Shown: positions 27,143 through 37,657 of the stretch, piece after piece
How positions within the stretch are numbered: the stretch's first letter is position 1
Layout: every line of letters begins with the position of its first letter
Source of the DNA: a virus
DNA: 64,000 bases
IMG/VR virus record: IMGVR_UViG_3300023174_000002
Coordinates: 1 to 64,000 of that record
Reading direction: 5' to 3' (one strand)
Made by a program: the position numbers and the translations under genes
The notes under the pieces: model-generated
What the model was told of the DNA's origin: nothing
Databases searched by the model: none
The model's input: only the letters and a program-made list of their open reading frames with translations

Positions 27143-28098
27143 TCAATTTAAATACTTTTCGTATTTTGTACTTCGTGTATTTAATACATCCTCCACATGA
27201 TGTCTGTTAATATCACAGGCACTACGATTTCCATATAGTGCAACTTTTGATTTTAAACAAAGTTTTTCTACGTTATCAAACCAACGGTTTGGATCACACC
27301 AGCTAGTTAATTTACAAGCTCTACGTTCATGATCCACACCACCCGCACCGCCATTATAGGCAGCATCAGCAAAAGCATATGCTTCACGTTTATCTACCAC
27401 ATGTTTATTAAAGTATTGGTAATTATCGCGCATCATTAGTGCTAGTGCACGAATCTGTAAGTCTGGCCTGTCATAAACTACCTGCCAGTTTAATTCACTT
27501 AATTCCCTAGGATATTTATACTTTAAGTCTGAAAGAGCATCAAACCTAATTGAGCCATCTGCTTTAAAAGCCCTGGTAATTTGTCCAAGTCCTGCTCCTT
27601 CTTCTCTAGCACTTTTTAGTCTACTACGACTATTCCAGCATTTGCTGTGAGTTAGTGATATACAGGACTCGTGCTCAATTAAGCTACCAAGGTATGCGGC
27701 TTTGGGTGTTGAGCCCAGATCTTATTTTTTTCTTGTTGTACTGTGCTTAGGTGCTCATATGCCTGCTTGGGAATATAAGTTTCTGCTGATTGTGCGTACA
27801 CCTGCGAGCCGAATAGTGAGAGCAAGCCGTAGATAATTAGGCAAAGTCCTAAAAAAGTTAAGCCTGCGCCAGTGGCGGTTTCGCGTGCTTTTTTCATTAA
27901 GGCTTCCATATCTGCATAGTCAAATAGGGCACGGCGTGCAAGGTGTGCAAACCATACAGCTACAATAGGAGTGGCTAGTTTGGCTAAGAATGGAATTGTC
28001 ATATTACCACCATTGGGGTCGCTGATAAAAAGGTACAGCATAACAATAATGGTGCCGCCAATCATAAAGATGTTGCGGAAACGAAAATGTTCTTTCAT
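27143..28098 (-). CDS. Three-helix holin-like protein (139 aa) with a -1 frame extension encoding a lytic transglycosylase (318-aa fusion)
   Basis: Frame 0 ends HPKPHTLVA*; the -1 frame from CCCAAAG (27706-27700) reads PKAAYLGSLIEHESC...GAGLGQIT...AAYNGG and is open to 27143. Confidence 0.85.
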
Positions 28099-28385
28099 GG
28101 TTTATCCAGGTTAGATAGTTTGCGTATAGTAGCAATACTATCTAGTTGTTTAAGGGCGCATTGACCGTATAGGTTAATGATGGTTAAATAGTGATCTGCA
28201 ACTTGTTCGTATGTCGCACCTACTAGTGGTGGCAGTGGCTCGCAAGCTTGCAGCAGTTTAGGGTCTACTACTATCCTATTGACAGTGGTTGCCGGAGGTG
28301 GAATTTCCGGAATTTTTTTCTTGAAAATTCCACATCCGTTTAGCAATAAGAGTAATAAACTAAGGCTTATTACTAGTTTTTTCAT
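28095..28385 (-). CDS. o-spanin (Rz1-like lipoprotein)
   Basis: Signal peptide with lipobox LNGC, Pro-rich linker, conserved Cys residues. Confidence 0.8.
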   Translation of the reverse strand: MKKLVISLSLLLLLLNGCGIFKKKIPEIPPPATTVNRIVVDPKLLQACEPLPPLVGATYEQVADHYLTIINLYGQCALKQLDSIATIRKLSNLDKP

Positions 28386-28744
28386 TTTGAATTGGCTTTA
28401 GAAATTGCTTCGTTAATGCTATCTAAAAAAATTACAGTTGGGATACACTTACCGTTTTCAATTATAGTAATCGGCTGCTGATTAAGCTTAGATTTAATTT
28501 CCTTGATAGTTTTACCTAGTTGTTGCTTTTTGCGTTCACCTTGTTCGGCAGTTTCTTGTAATGCTATTTCTAAGTCTTGAATTTTTTGTTTTACTTCCAA
28601 CTCATATTTTTGTTTTTCTTCCAAACACTCAAGCCGTGCTTGTTGTTTACCGCGTTCTAGTACAACATTATAGGTATGATAGCCTAATAAGAATAGCACA
28701 GCAATAATTACAATACCAACAATTACTTTTACATCATTAATCAT
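28382..28744 (-). CDS. i-spanin (Rz-like)
   Basis: N-terminal TM helix, coiled coil, C-terminal Cys; 4-nt overlap with the o-spanin gene. Confidence 0.8.
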   Translation of the reverse strand: MINDVKVIVGIVIIAVLFLLGYHTYNVVLERGKQQARLECLEEKQKYELEVKQKIQDLEIALQETAEQGERKKQQLGKTIKEIKSKLNQQPITIIENGKCIPTVIFLDSINEAISKANSK

Positions 28745-28752
28745 TATTAATC

Positions 28753-31700
28753 CTATTCAAAAAAACTTAAAAAATTACCCTTTGCACCAGTAGTAGGATC
28801 TGTTATAGTAACATTAATAGATCCGCTTGCTGGACTACCTAGCGTTAGAGTAAAAGTTTCTGTTCCTTCTGGTACATTGTCTATAGTAGTAGTAAAACTT
28901 TGAGTACCACTATTATTTGTAATAGTAATACTACCAGATAAGCTAGCATTATTAATATCACTACTACTTACACCAGTTATAGTATAAGGTACTCCGGTAC
29001 CATTAAATACATTTGTAGTTGCTAAAGTAATAACAAATGTGTCGCCTTCAGTAACGGCGGTTGCACTAGTGCTTAAAGAATACGTGCGAGTTTTAGTATA
29101 ATCAATAATTAATACACTTATAGTTGTACCTATTGTATCTAAAGTAATAACAAAAGTTTCATCGCCTTCAGTTAAATAGTCAGCAACTACAAAAAATGTT
29201 GCAGTAGCAGTATTACTAACAACTGTAAAATTACCAGTTAAACTAATACCATTAAGATCTGCACTTGTTATACCTGTTCCAGTAATAGTATACGGTACTG
29301 TAGTATTATCTGGCACATCTGTAGTAGTTAATGTAATAATAAAATTACCGGCACCTTCATTAATACTAGTAGGGTTTGCTGATAATGCATAAGTAGGGTG
29401 TAATAAATTATTAATTGCTACACTAATTGCACTGCCTGTACCATAAGTCGGGTTTAGGGTAAGTGTAAAAATTTCCTGACCTTCAGTTACATAATCCCAA
29501 GTAGTATTAACTACTAAACTAGCACTACTACCACTAATAGTAAAATTACCAGTTAAACTAGCATTATTAATATCACTACTACTTACACCAGTTATTGTAT
29601 AGGGTACAAGACTTCCATTAGGTAAATTAGTAGTTGTTAGTGTAATAGTAAAACTTTGACCTTCTGTTACACTGACGGCACTACGTTCTAAACTATAAGT
29701 AGGTAATAGCGAAGTATCATTAATAATTACCGAAATACTTGCGGCACCGTTATTTAAACTAAATGTAAGTGTTTCATTACCCTCAGTGTTATAATCATTA
29801 GCTATATTAAGTGTAACAGCAGCAGTACCACCACTAACTGTAAAACTACCTGTTAAGCTAGCACCACTAATATCCGCACTTGTTATGCCAGTAATAGTAT
29901 AGGGCACTACACTACCATTTGGTGCATTAGTAGTTAGGGTAATTGTAACACTAGTGCCTTCATCTGCTACGCTAGTACTACGACTTAGGCTAAAAGTTGA
30001 AGGGTTGTAAAAATACCAACCAGTACTACCAGTATTACCACCACGATCAATACTATTAGGCCCAGCATACCAACCACCACCGCCAGCAGGAAAACAATTT
30101 GTTAAATCAAGATAATCAGCGTCTATTACACTGCTAGCTTCAACATTATATAATCCTTTATTACCCCAATTGCCACCTATTGAGTTAAGATATTTAGTAG
30201 CGCTTTTACCTAAATTAAAAGTAGAACCTTTAATAGGAAATCCAAGACCGCCCGGAGGCTTATCTGACCTAAAAGTTATGGCAGCTGTATTATAAGAAAA
30301 ATCAATTTGACTAGCTATGGCTATAGAATTATCAACATAATAACCAGCTTCAAGAGTTAAAATGCCATCAGTAGTACCACTATTATACCCAATAGCATTG
30401 ACTATTTTACCACCAAAACCATAAGCAAATCCAGCATATTGGTTACCTGCGTTAGTACCATTAAGTCCCTCAAATCTAAAAGTACTTGCTGAATCGCTGG
30501 TAATTTTAAGTCTAACACTATTATAACTATAATTAATAACAGTTCCTATGCCTCTAAATACCCAAGTACTAGTATTAGTTACATTTAATATTCCACTACC
30601 ATTACCTGAAGCACCTAACATTCCAGTAATTTCAACAAATTTACCTGATGAAGTAGTAGTGCCGGCATCTATATTAATATTTTTAATTTTCCAATTGCTT
30701 GTGGCTATTTCAGCGTCTGTGCTAATATTAATTTGTGGCCAAGTAAACGAGTTGTTATCACAAGACATTTGAGTAGTAGTTTTACTATTTCCGCCATCAA
30801 CTATATTTACTGTAAAATCGGCTGGTGCTGACAAACCACCTGTATACACAGTAAATTCAGGGCCGCCAATATACCATATACTACCAGTTGGTACAGTATA
30901 GTTATTAATTTTTAAACTACCTGTTCTAAAATTGGTAGTAGGACTAATTACATAAGCAGCAACACGTTCTGTTAAGTCAAAACTAGGTTGTCTACTACTG
31001 GATGAAAAACCGGTAGTACCATGACCTACTGTTCCGCCTCTAAGCCATACCCATACCCGCCAATCACTCCAAAATACATCTGCATACGGCACATTCCAAG
31101 GAGTACCCGTACTAGCACTAATATAAATACCTGGAATAGTATAACCAGTAGCAGTAGTAATTACTGTTTTAAGATTAGTAATATCTGTTGTGCCGGTACC
31201 ATAACTAGTTAATATTTGTAACTGTTTACCATTTAGGTCTAAAATACCACAATTATGTACAAACGTAGTACACCATGCGTTAGTATCAATTATTCTTAGT
31301 GTACCACTAGTAAAAGTAGTTGGTAAAGTAAGAGCACCTAACCTAATTGCATTTGTACCTATACTAGGATTTGTACAAATTGTTTGAACAGCATTACTAC
31401 CAGTATTTGCAAAAGTAATGTTTGTAAATCCCCAACCAGCCTGACTAGCTACTCCAGCGCTACCACTTACTAATACATTTCCTAAACAAAATATGTTAAA
31501 AGCTCCGCCATTTGTAGGATATCCAGTACCAACAGTAGTTGTATTTGGTTGATTAGTAAAATCTCTAACATAAGCATTAGTAGTAATTCCGCAATTACGT
31601 AGTATTTTTAAATTATATGCAGTATTTGATGCAGCTAAATTAGCTGGTGCTGTACTAATTGTAACTGCACCAGTACTATCATGTAATAGTCCAGAATTGC

Positions 31701-34700
31701 TATACTGGCAACTAACTGCAGTATTAGGATTATTAGTAATACTTAATGTACCGGTATTGATAGTTTTAATATAGCTATCATCTTCAAAAGTAATACTTCT
31801 ATTTTGTCTACTAGTGTCAGTTTGAACAAATGCCCAAGTTATTAATCTATAACCACTTTTTATAGTTAAATTTCCACTAGCCATGGTAAATGTACCCGCT
31901 GTTGGATTGGTTTGATCATATGCTGTAGGATTACCGCTATTATAGTAGTTATGATCAAAATTATAACAATTAACTGTAAATGTAATTGCACCAGTAGCTT
32001 GTACGGTAGTATTATAAGATCTTACCCTAAAAAGGTTATAAACAGAATCTGCACCACTTAGTGTTAGTGTCCCAGTAGTAGCAATTCTAACAAATTTATT
32101 AACATCACTAAGGCTGCCTAAATTATAAGTGGTGCGTTGACCACTTAGTGTAATATTAGTTGCAGGTAGATTAGTAATATTTGCCGTAACATCATTAACA
32201 TTATGTGTATAAGTAGCTATAAACGGACCAGTATAAGTAATAGTTCCAGAACCTACAATTTGTGTTATATTTAAATTAGTATGCGCTAAACTAGTAGTAC
32301 CAGTCCAGTTTTTTGTATAAGATATTGTAGCGCTGCTATTTACCTGACAACCGTCAGTAAAATTTAAATTTCTACAAGTAAAACCTGCTAATCCCGTACT
32401 TACCTTATTTATAGTAAGATTAGCAGCACCATCAACAGTAGTTGGAGTACCTCCTGAAGTAGTCAATGCACCTGTAGAATTGTATATAAATCCAGATGTA
32501 TCAGTAGTGCAAGTATGTGCGCAGTATTGATAGTTATTTCTTAGTGGACCTGTGCCATTAGTTCGGATATAGCCATTATCTTCAAAGATAAGGGTTAAAT
32601 TTTGCCTACCAATTTGACTATTATCCCAACCCCAAGTATCTAGTGTATAGCCGTTTTTAATAGTTACTTGACCGTTGTTTTGCGTAAAAGTACCAGCAGC
32701 TACACCAGTATAAGTTCCGCCACTACCGCCCTGAAGATTATGTTGATAATCGTAGACATTAACATACATTAAATCACTAGTAGCAGCAGTTTGCATAGTA
32801 GTATTATAACTTCTAACACAATTTAGGTTATAGGTAGCGTCTTTACCGCCAAAAGTCATTGTACCTGTGGTAGTAACTTTTGCAGCAAAATATGCACTAC
32901 CATCATTTACACCTAAGTTATAGGTAGATCCTTGTCCGTTTAAGGTCCAAGTACTTGCAATAAATCTTTGAAAAGTTTGAGTTTGACTAGCAATACTATG
33001 TGTATAACTTAGCACAAACATAGGGTCAGCATCCATTGTGGCTGTACCACTATTAAGTACTTGTGTTACGTTTAATCCACTAAGTGAAGTAGCTCCTGTT
33101 GTAACTGAAAAATTACCTGTAAGAAACAATGTACTGTTAGTAGTACAACTTGAATAATTCATTGCTGAAAAATTGTTTGTATACCAACCATTAAAAGTTC
33201 CAGTACCGGTAAACCAAGTATTCCACCGCATGTTAGGTACACTGGCTGTCCAAGCTATTCCATTAGCAGTTCCACTACTACCATGCTCAAAACCACCCAT
33301 ATAAGCAGTATCATTATTAAAACAAGAAACAGTTAGTCCAGTTATATTATTTACTGTAATTACACCAGCACCGCTACTTACTATTCTAGCAGGTGTTGTA
33401 CCGCCAACTAAACCAAAATACAGTGTTCTAGTGCTGCCACTAGCACTGTTAAATGCAACTGTATTAAGATTTGTGTTAAGATTTAGTGTACCTATATTAA
33501 AAGCAGTATTAGTAGTAACAGTAAAATTAGTATTATTAATATTATGTATATTACCTGCAACACCAGATAAACTTAATGTTCCAACTGTTCCTCCAGTGTA
33601 GTTATAGGTACTTGTACCACTAGTAGTACCATTGTTAGCATTAAGAGTTCCTACAGTTCCACCACTAAAATTATAAGTACAAGTATTACCACTTAAATTA
33701 AGTATAGTGGCTATAGCATTAGTTATATTCCAAGTTAAACCATTTGTGTTAAAGGTAAGGTTAGTAATAGTACGATCATAGCTAAAACCATAACCAGTAG
33801 TACTGTCAATCATAACTATAGTTATATTTGCCCCTACAAGTGATCCAGGACTATTACCTACTCTGTAAACACCACCAGCATTAAGATTAATAGTTTGAAC
33901 AGCAACAGCAAGACCACCACCATCTTCAAGACCTAAAAATCCAAATGTACTAGTAGTAAATGTTGCAGCAGCATTAACTAGTCTAACATGACACACTTGA
34001 ACAGTATTATTAAAAATAATAGTATTACTACCGCTACCTGCTATTTTAAACCCACTGCCACCACCTGTTGTACCACCAATTATGCTAATAGTATTGCTAC
34101 TAATGCTAGCACTTATAAATCCTGTTGTAGGAGCACTTGGTTGATTGCTTTTACTAACAATCCAAGTAGCTGCACTAGTTGAACTACCAAAATATAGGGA
34201 CTTACCAGCACTACCACTCATTGTAAAACTAGTAGTTAAAAAATTATTGCCAGTATTATAACCAATATATAAATTACCGCTGTTCCAAGTTACAGCACCT
34301 GGCATATCCCAATCATCAGCGTACATATTCCAACTACTACTAGATATGCCAGTACCAAGAGCTATAGTACTTGTAGTAATACCACTAATTGGTCTAACTT
34401 TAGTAAACTTAATAGTAGAAGTACCAGTATTTGTAGTATTAAAGGTATGAGTACCAGAACCCAATTCTATGCTAGTAAAATTCCAAGTACAACTATTAGC
34501 TGATGCAACAACTATATTATTTGCGCGACAAAAAGTAATGTTCATAGTAGCTGGACCGGTATAAGTAGTACCAGTAGTCCAGCTACCATAAAAGTTTACA
34601 GTACCATATTGATAATTACTATTAAAAGTACTAGTGCTATTAGCTGCTGAGCCTGCAATGTTTAAGGTTAAACCAGTATAAGATCTAGGACTTGCATTTA

Positions 34701-35541
34701 AGTCACTAACATTACCAAATACTGTTAAAGTATTTGAAGCTGTTTGTGTACCATTAACATAAAGATCCCACACCAAACCAGTAAGTCTATAGGTAATGTC
34801 TTGATCTAGATATAAGTTAGGACACTGACTTGGTATTGCAGTACTACCAAAATTAAATAGTGCATTATCACCAAGACCTGAAGTTCTAATTTTACCTGTT
34901 CTACTAGTAAAAGTACAAGCTCCACCACCACTACATACTGTTGAGGTAGCAACACCACAAGTAATGTACACATCTCCACTCATACTCCAGTTTCTGGCAG
35001 TAGCACCATTATTAATAAGAACACGAGTATAAATATCAAAGCCGTTTTGATTTAGGGTACCGCTATTAAAAGTAAGCGTGTTGGCAACAATGTTTTGATT
35101 TTCAACACGTAAAGTACCTTGACAAGTAACTGTATTACCAATAGCAGTTTTTGTAATATCTAGTCTAGTAAAACTGTTAGTTCCCCAATAAGCGTCACAA
35201 TTAGTTGCACCACTTAAACTAAAACTAGTACCAGTATTAGTTTGGTTAAGTGTACCATTATTTTGTAGTAGAGTACCACTAAAATTAATAGTGCCAGCAG
35301 TATTAGTAAAGTTTAAAGTGCAACCAGTATTAATAGTAAGTCTACTAGTAATGGTTATGGCAGCAGCACCAGTAAGAGTAACGTTACCACCAATAGTTAA
35401 TGTAGCACAAGTTTGACCGCCTAAGGTAACTGTTCCAGCATTAATAATTACATCATCAGCAGCGGCTGGAACACCACTAGGGCTCCAACTGGCCGCGGTA
35501 GCCCAAGTACCGGTCGTACCATTCCAAGTTTTAGTTGCCAT
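28753..35541 (-). CDS. Giant (2262 aa) adhesin/fibre-associated protein with four C-terminal Calx-beta/Ig-like repeats
   Basis: W-x-x-x-x-x-x-W-x-x-x-x-x-W...VP-x-x-x-DD start, T/G/N/S-rich beta-solenoid composition, four ~100-aa VPYTITG repeats. Confidence 0.7.
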   Translation of the reverse strand: MATKTWNGTTGTWATAASWSPSGVPAAADDVIINAGTVTLGGQTCATLTIGGNVTLTGAAAITITSRLTINTGCTLNFTNTAGTINFSGTLLQNNGTLNQTNTGTSFSLSGATNCDAYWGTNSFTRLDITKTAIGNTVTCQGTLRVENQNIVANTLTFNSGTLNQNGFDIYTRVLINNGATARNWSMSGDVYITCGVATSTVCSGGGACTFTSRTGKIRTSGLGDNALFNFGSTAIPSQCPNLYLDQDITYRLTGLVWDLYVNGTQTASNTLTVFGNVSDLNASPRSYTGLTLNIAGSAANSTSTFNSNYQYGTVNFYGSWTTGTTYTGPATMNITFCRANNIVVASANSCTWNFTSIELGSGTHTFNTTNTGTSTIKFTKVRPISGITTSTIALGTGISSSSWNMYADDWDMPGAVTWNSGNLYIGYNTGNNFLTTSFTMSGSAGKSLYFGSSTSAATWIVSKSNQPSAPTTGFISASISSNTISIIGGTTGGGSGFKIAGSGSNTIIFNNTVQVCHVRLVNAAATFTTSTFGFLGLEDGGGLAVAVQTINLNAGGVYRVGNSPGSLVGANITIVMIDSTTGYGFSYDRTITNLTFNTNGLTWNITNAIATILNLSGNTCTYNFSGGTVGTLNANNGTTSGTSTYNYTGGTVGTLSLSGVAGNIHNINNTNFTVTTNTAFNIGTLNLNTNLNTVAFNSASGSTRTLYFGLVGGTTPARIVSSGAGVITVNNITGLTVSCFNNDTAYMGGFEHGSSGTANGIAWTASVPNMRWNTWFTGTGTFNGWYTNNFSAMNYSSCTTNSTLFLTGNFSVTTGATSLSGLNVTQVLNSGTATMDADPMFVLSYTHSIASQTQTFQRFIASTWTLNGQGSTYNLGVNDGSAYFAAKVTTTGTMTFGGKDATYNLNCVRSYNTTMQTAATSDLMYVNVYDYQHNLQGGSGGTYTGVAAGTFTQNNGQVTIKNGYTLDTWGWDNSQIGRQNLTLIFEDNGYIRTNGTGPLRNNYQYCAHTCTTDTSGFIYNSTGALTTSGGTPTTVDGAANLTINKVSTGLAGFTCRNLNFTDGCQVNSSATISYTKNWTGTTSLAHTNLNITQIVGSGTITYTGPFIATYTHNVNDVTANITNLPATNITLSGQRTTYNLGSLSDVNKFVRIATTGTLTLSGADSVYNLFRVRSYNTTVQATGAITFTVNCYNFDHNYYNSGNPTAYDQTNPTAGTFTMASGNLTIKSGYRLITWAFVQTDTSRQNRSITFEDDSYIKTINTGTLSITNNPNTAVSCQYSNSGLLHDSTGAVTISTAPANLAASNTAYNLKILRNCGITTNAYVRDFTNQPNTTTVGTGYPTNGGAFNIFCLGNVLVSGSAGVASQAGWGFTNITFANTGSNAVQTICTNPSIGTNAIRLGALTLPTTFTSGTLRIIDTNAWCTTFVHNCGILDLNGKQLQILTSYGTGTTDITNLKTVITTATGYTIPGIYISASTGTPWNVPYADVFWSDWRVWVWLRGGTVGHGTTGFSSSSRQPSFDLTERVAAYVISPTTNFRTGSLKINNYTVPTGSIWYIGGPEFTVYTGGLSAPADFTVNIVDGGNSKTTTQMSCDNNSFTWPQINISTDAEIATSNWKIKNINIDAGTTTSSGKFVEITGMLGASGNGSGILNVTNTSTWVFRGIGTVINYSYNSVRLKITSDSASTFRFEGLNGTNAGNQYAGFAYGFGGKIVNAIGYNSGTTDGILTLEAGYYVDNSIAIASQIDFSYNTAAITFRSDKPPGGLGFPIKGSTFNLGKSATKYLNSIGGNWGNKGLYNVEASSVIDADYLDLTNCFPAGGGGWYAGPNSIDRGGNTGSTGWYFYNPSTFSLSRSTSVADEGTSVTITLTTNAPNGSVVPYTITGITSADISGASLTGSFTVSGGTAAVTLNIANDYNTEGNETLTFSLNNGAASISVIINDTSLLPTYSLERSAVSVTEGQSFTITLTTTNLPNGSLVPYTITGVSSSDINNASLTGNFTISGSSASLVVNTTWDYVTEGQEIFTLTLNPTYGTGSAISVAINNLLHPTYALSANPTSINEGAGNFIITLTTTDVPDNTTVPYTITGTGITSADLNGISLTGNFTVVSNTATATFFVVADYLTEGDETFVITLDTIGTTISVLIIDYTKTRTYSLSTSATAVTEGDTFVITLATTNVFNGTGVPYTITGVSSSDINNASLSGSITITNNSGTQSFTTTIDNVPEGTETFTLTLGSPASGSINVTITDPTTGAKGNFLSFFE

Positions 35542-35553
35542 TGTTGATGCCTA

Positions 35554-37155
35554 TTAAAATCCAGCTACTTTTGCTACTAGTTGCCACTTTGCTGGTGTTG
35601 AATTGTAGATAAAACCATAAAAATCCCACTTACTATTACCACTACTAGTGCCTGGTAAACTTAAATCAGTAGAACCTTGAAAAATACTAGCCCAGTTTAA
35701 AGTTTGCGCAAAGGTACATTGAAGCTTATAAATTAATTTTTGGCCGTTTACGGGTGTTCCAGTTGGTGCACTTATCAATAATGTACCAGCAGCACCAGTC
35801 ATAACCATTTCAGTTACATCACAATTGTCAGCATTAATAGCATAGGTAGTTGCACTAGCAGCTACGTTTACTCTAGACTGTAATCGTTTATTTGTTAATG
35901 TTTGAGTACCACTATCACTATATACCTTATTAACTACATCAGTGTTATTTGTAGGCGTTCCAGTAACTGTGGCATTTGCCATAGATGCAGTACCAGTAAA
36001 AGTAGGGCTACTAAACATTGTAGTTTTACTTTCATTAGTAACATTGCCTAAATCAACGTCTGTAGCAGTATAAGTAGGTTTAGTAGCAGCTTTTGCCCAA
36101 GCATACACATCACTAGCAGGGGCGCTGCCTACAGTAACTGTACCTAAAGTAGTAATACTAGTGCTGCCTGTCCAAGTACTTAATGCAGTATTTTCAACGT
36201 TAGCTAGGCCAACCATTGCCTTAGTAATACCACTAACTGTACCAGTAAAATTAGGATTAGCTAATGGCGCATAAGGAGAGGTAGTATTTTTCCACTTACT
36301 AGTACCACTATCATATTGTAAAATTTGATTATTAGCAGCACTAGTAATTACAACATCGCTTAAGTATCCAGTATTAATATTTGCAAAACTAACATCATAG
36401 TCAGTACTGCTGTTTTTTACTAATACTTGATTTACAGTTCCGCCAACTGGCACTCCAGCTCCAGAAGCACCTGTAGCACCTGTAGCACCTGTAGGACCTC
36501 TTGGACCTTGAGCGCCTTGCACAGAATTTTCTAATGCAATATAATCTACTCTAGTTTCATGAGCTGCATTACCTTGATTGCTATGATATAATCTAAGTTG
36601 TGTGACTCCGCCGCTAATATAAGGAGTAGAGGAGAGTACTTCTAGTGCAAATTGATAATAACCATTTAAACCAGTATAACTACCAATAGAATCCCATGCA
36701 CTAGACGTGTAATTATATAAATCTACATAAATTGTATGACCTGAATTAAGGCTGTAGTTAATGTTTAATACAGCTCTATTAAATTTTACTATATTGCTAA
36801 ATCCAACGGTTAGAATCCAAGCAGGACCAGTGCCTGTACCATCAGTAAAATTATAGTAATTACCTGCGGCATAGTCACCATAAGTCTGAATACTACTTAC
36901 AGTACCGCTTATGTAAACACCATTAGTTAAGCTAACACTACTAGCCAAATAAGTAGTAGTGGTAGGAAAAGGAATAGTTGACCAGCTAGCTGCACTACCG
37001 TTTGTGGTTAAAAATAATCCTGAATTACTAGTTTGGCTAGGCAGTACATTAGCAATAGCACTATTAAGATTAATAAAATTATTATCTACTTCTGAGTTGG
37101 TTAAGGGACGACCAACGTTACTCGCCCCAACTTCTCTTGTGACAATAGTTGCCAT
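35554..37155 (-). CDS. Tail fibre-like protein with short collagen-like segment
   Basis: PLTNSEVDNNFINLN N-terminal anchor; GAQGPRGPTGATGATGASGAG; YAPLANPNFTG and VGLANVEN shaft repeats. Confidence 0.75.
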   Translation of the reverse strand: MATIVTREVGASNVGRPLTNSEVDNNFINLNSAIANVLPSQTSNSGLFLTTNGSAASWSTIPFPTTTTYLASSVSLTNGVYISGTVSSIQTYGDYAAGNYYNFTDGTGTGPAWILTVGFSNIVKFNRAVLNINYSLNSGHTIYVDLYNYTSSAWDSIGSYTGLNGYYQFALEVLSSTPYISGGVTQLRLYHSNQGNAAHETRVDYIALENSVQGAQGPRGPTGATGATGASGAGVPVGGTVNQVLVKNSSTDYDVSFANINTGYLSDVVITSAANNQILQYDSGTSKWKNTTSPYAPLANPNFTGTVSGITKAMVGLANVENTALSTWTGSTSITTLGTVTVGSAPASDVYAWAKAATKPTYTATDVDLGNVTNESKTTMFSSPTFTGTASMANATVTGTPTNNTDVVNKVYSDSGTQTLTNKRLQSRVNVAASATTYAINADNCDVTEMVMTGAAGTLLISAPTGTPVNGQKLIYKLQCTFAQTLNWASIFQGSTDLSLPGTSSGNSKWDFYGFIYNSTPAKWQLVAKVAGF

Positions 37156-37173
37156 GATCGTCCCTTATTTAAA

Positions 37174-37635
37174 TTAAGCTACTGTAACTTTCCAAGTAAT
37201 AACTAAGGTATCCAGTGCACCCTTGTTAATAACAGCAAACACTGTGCGGCAAAGCATTGTGCCACTAGTACCTGCGTTAAAAATACCAGCTTCAGTAACT
37301 GCACCTGTACCTGTACCTGCAGCAAATGTAGCAACATACTGAATGCTATCATTTGTAACAGTTGTAGTTACTAGTGTTGGCGAACCAGCATCTAGTGCAA
37401 CACGTGCAAGTTGACTACCTAATGCAGTATCTGCAACTGCAGCTGCAGTACTACCACTACCAATTCCCATATGAGACATAGCAGTAGCTGAGGCGTCTTT
37501 CATACGACTAGCAATATATGCTAGTCCTGTACCAACAACAGTATTAACGTGTTGATATTCTTCTTTAACGTTGCCAGCAGCATCCAAGAGTTTTACTTGC
37601 AAGACGCCATTGGCTTTTAGTGAATCATTTAACAT
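37174..37635 (-). CDS. Collar/fibre-attachment-like structural protein
   Basis: NTVVGTG...MGIGSG...TEAGIFN...MLCRTVF pattern; SD before ATG 37635. Confidence 0.6.
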   Translation of the reverse strand: MLNDSLKANGVLQVKLLDAAGNVKEEYQHVNTVVGTGLAYIASRMKDASATAMSHMGIGSGSTAAAVADTALGSQLARVALDAGSPTLVTTTVTNDSIQYVATFAAGTGTGAVTEAGIFNAGTSGTMLCRTVFAVINKGALDTLVITWKVTVA

Positions 37636-37657
37636 GACAATTTTCCTTTGAAAAAAA

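Noticed and set aside
27143-27436. 97-aa ORF as an independent endolysin
   Set aside because: It lacks the catalytic EHES and GLGQ motifs, which lie upstream in the same frame; it is the tail of the frameshifted gene
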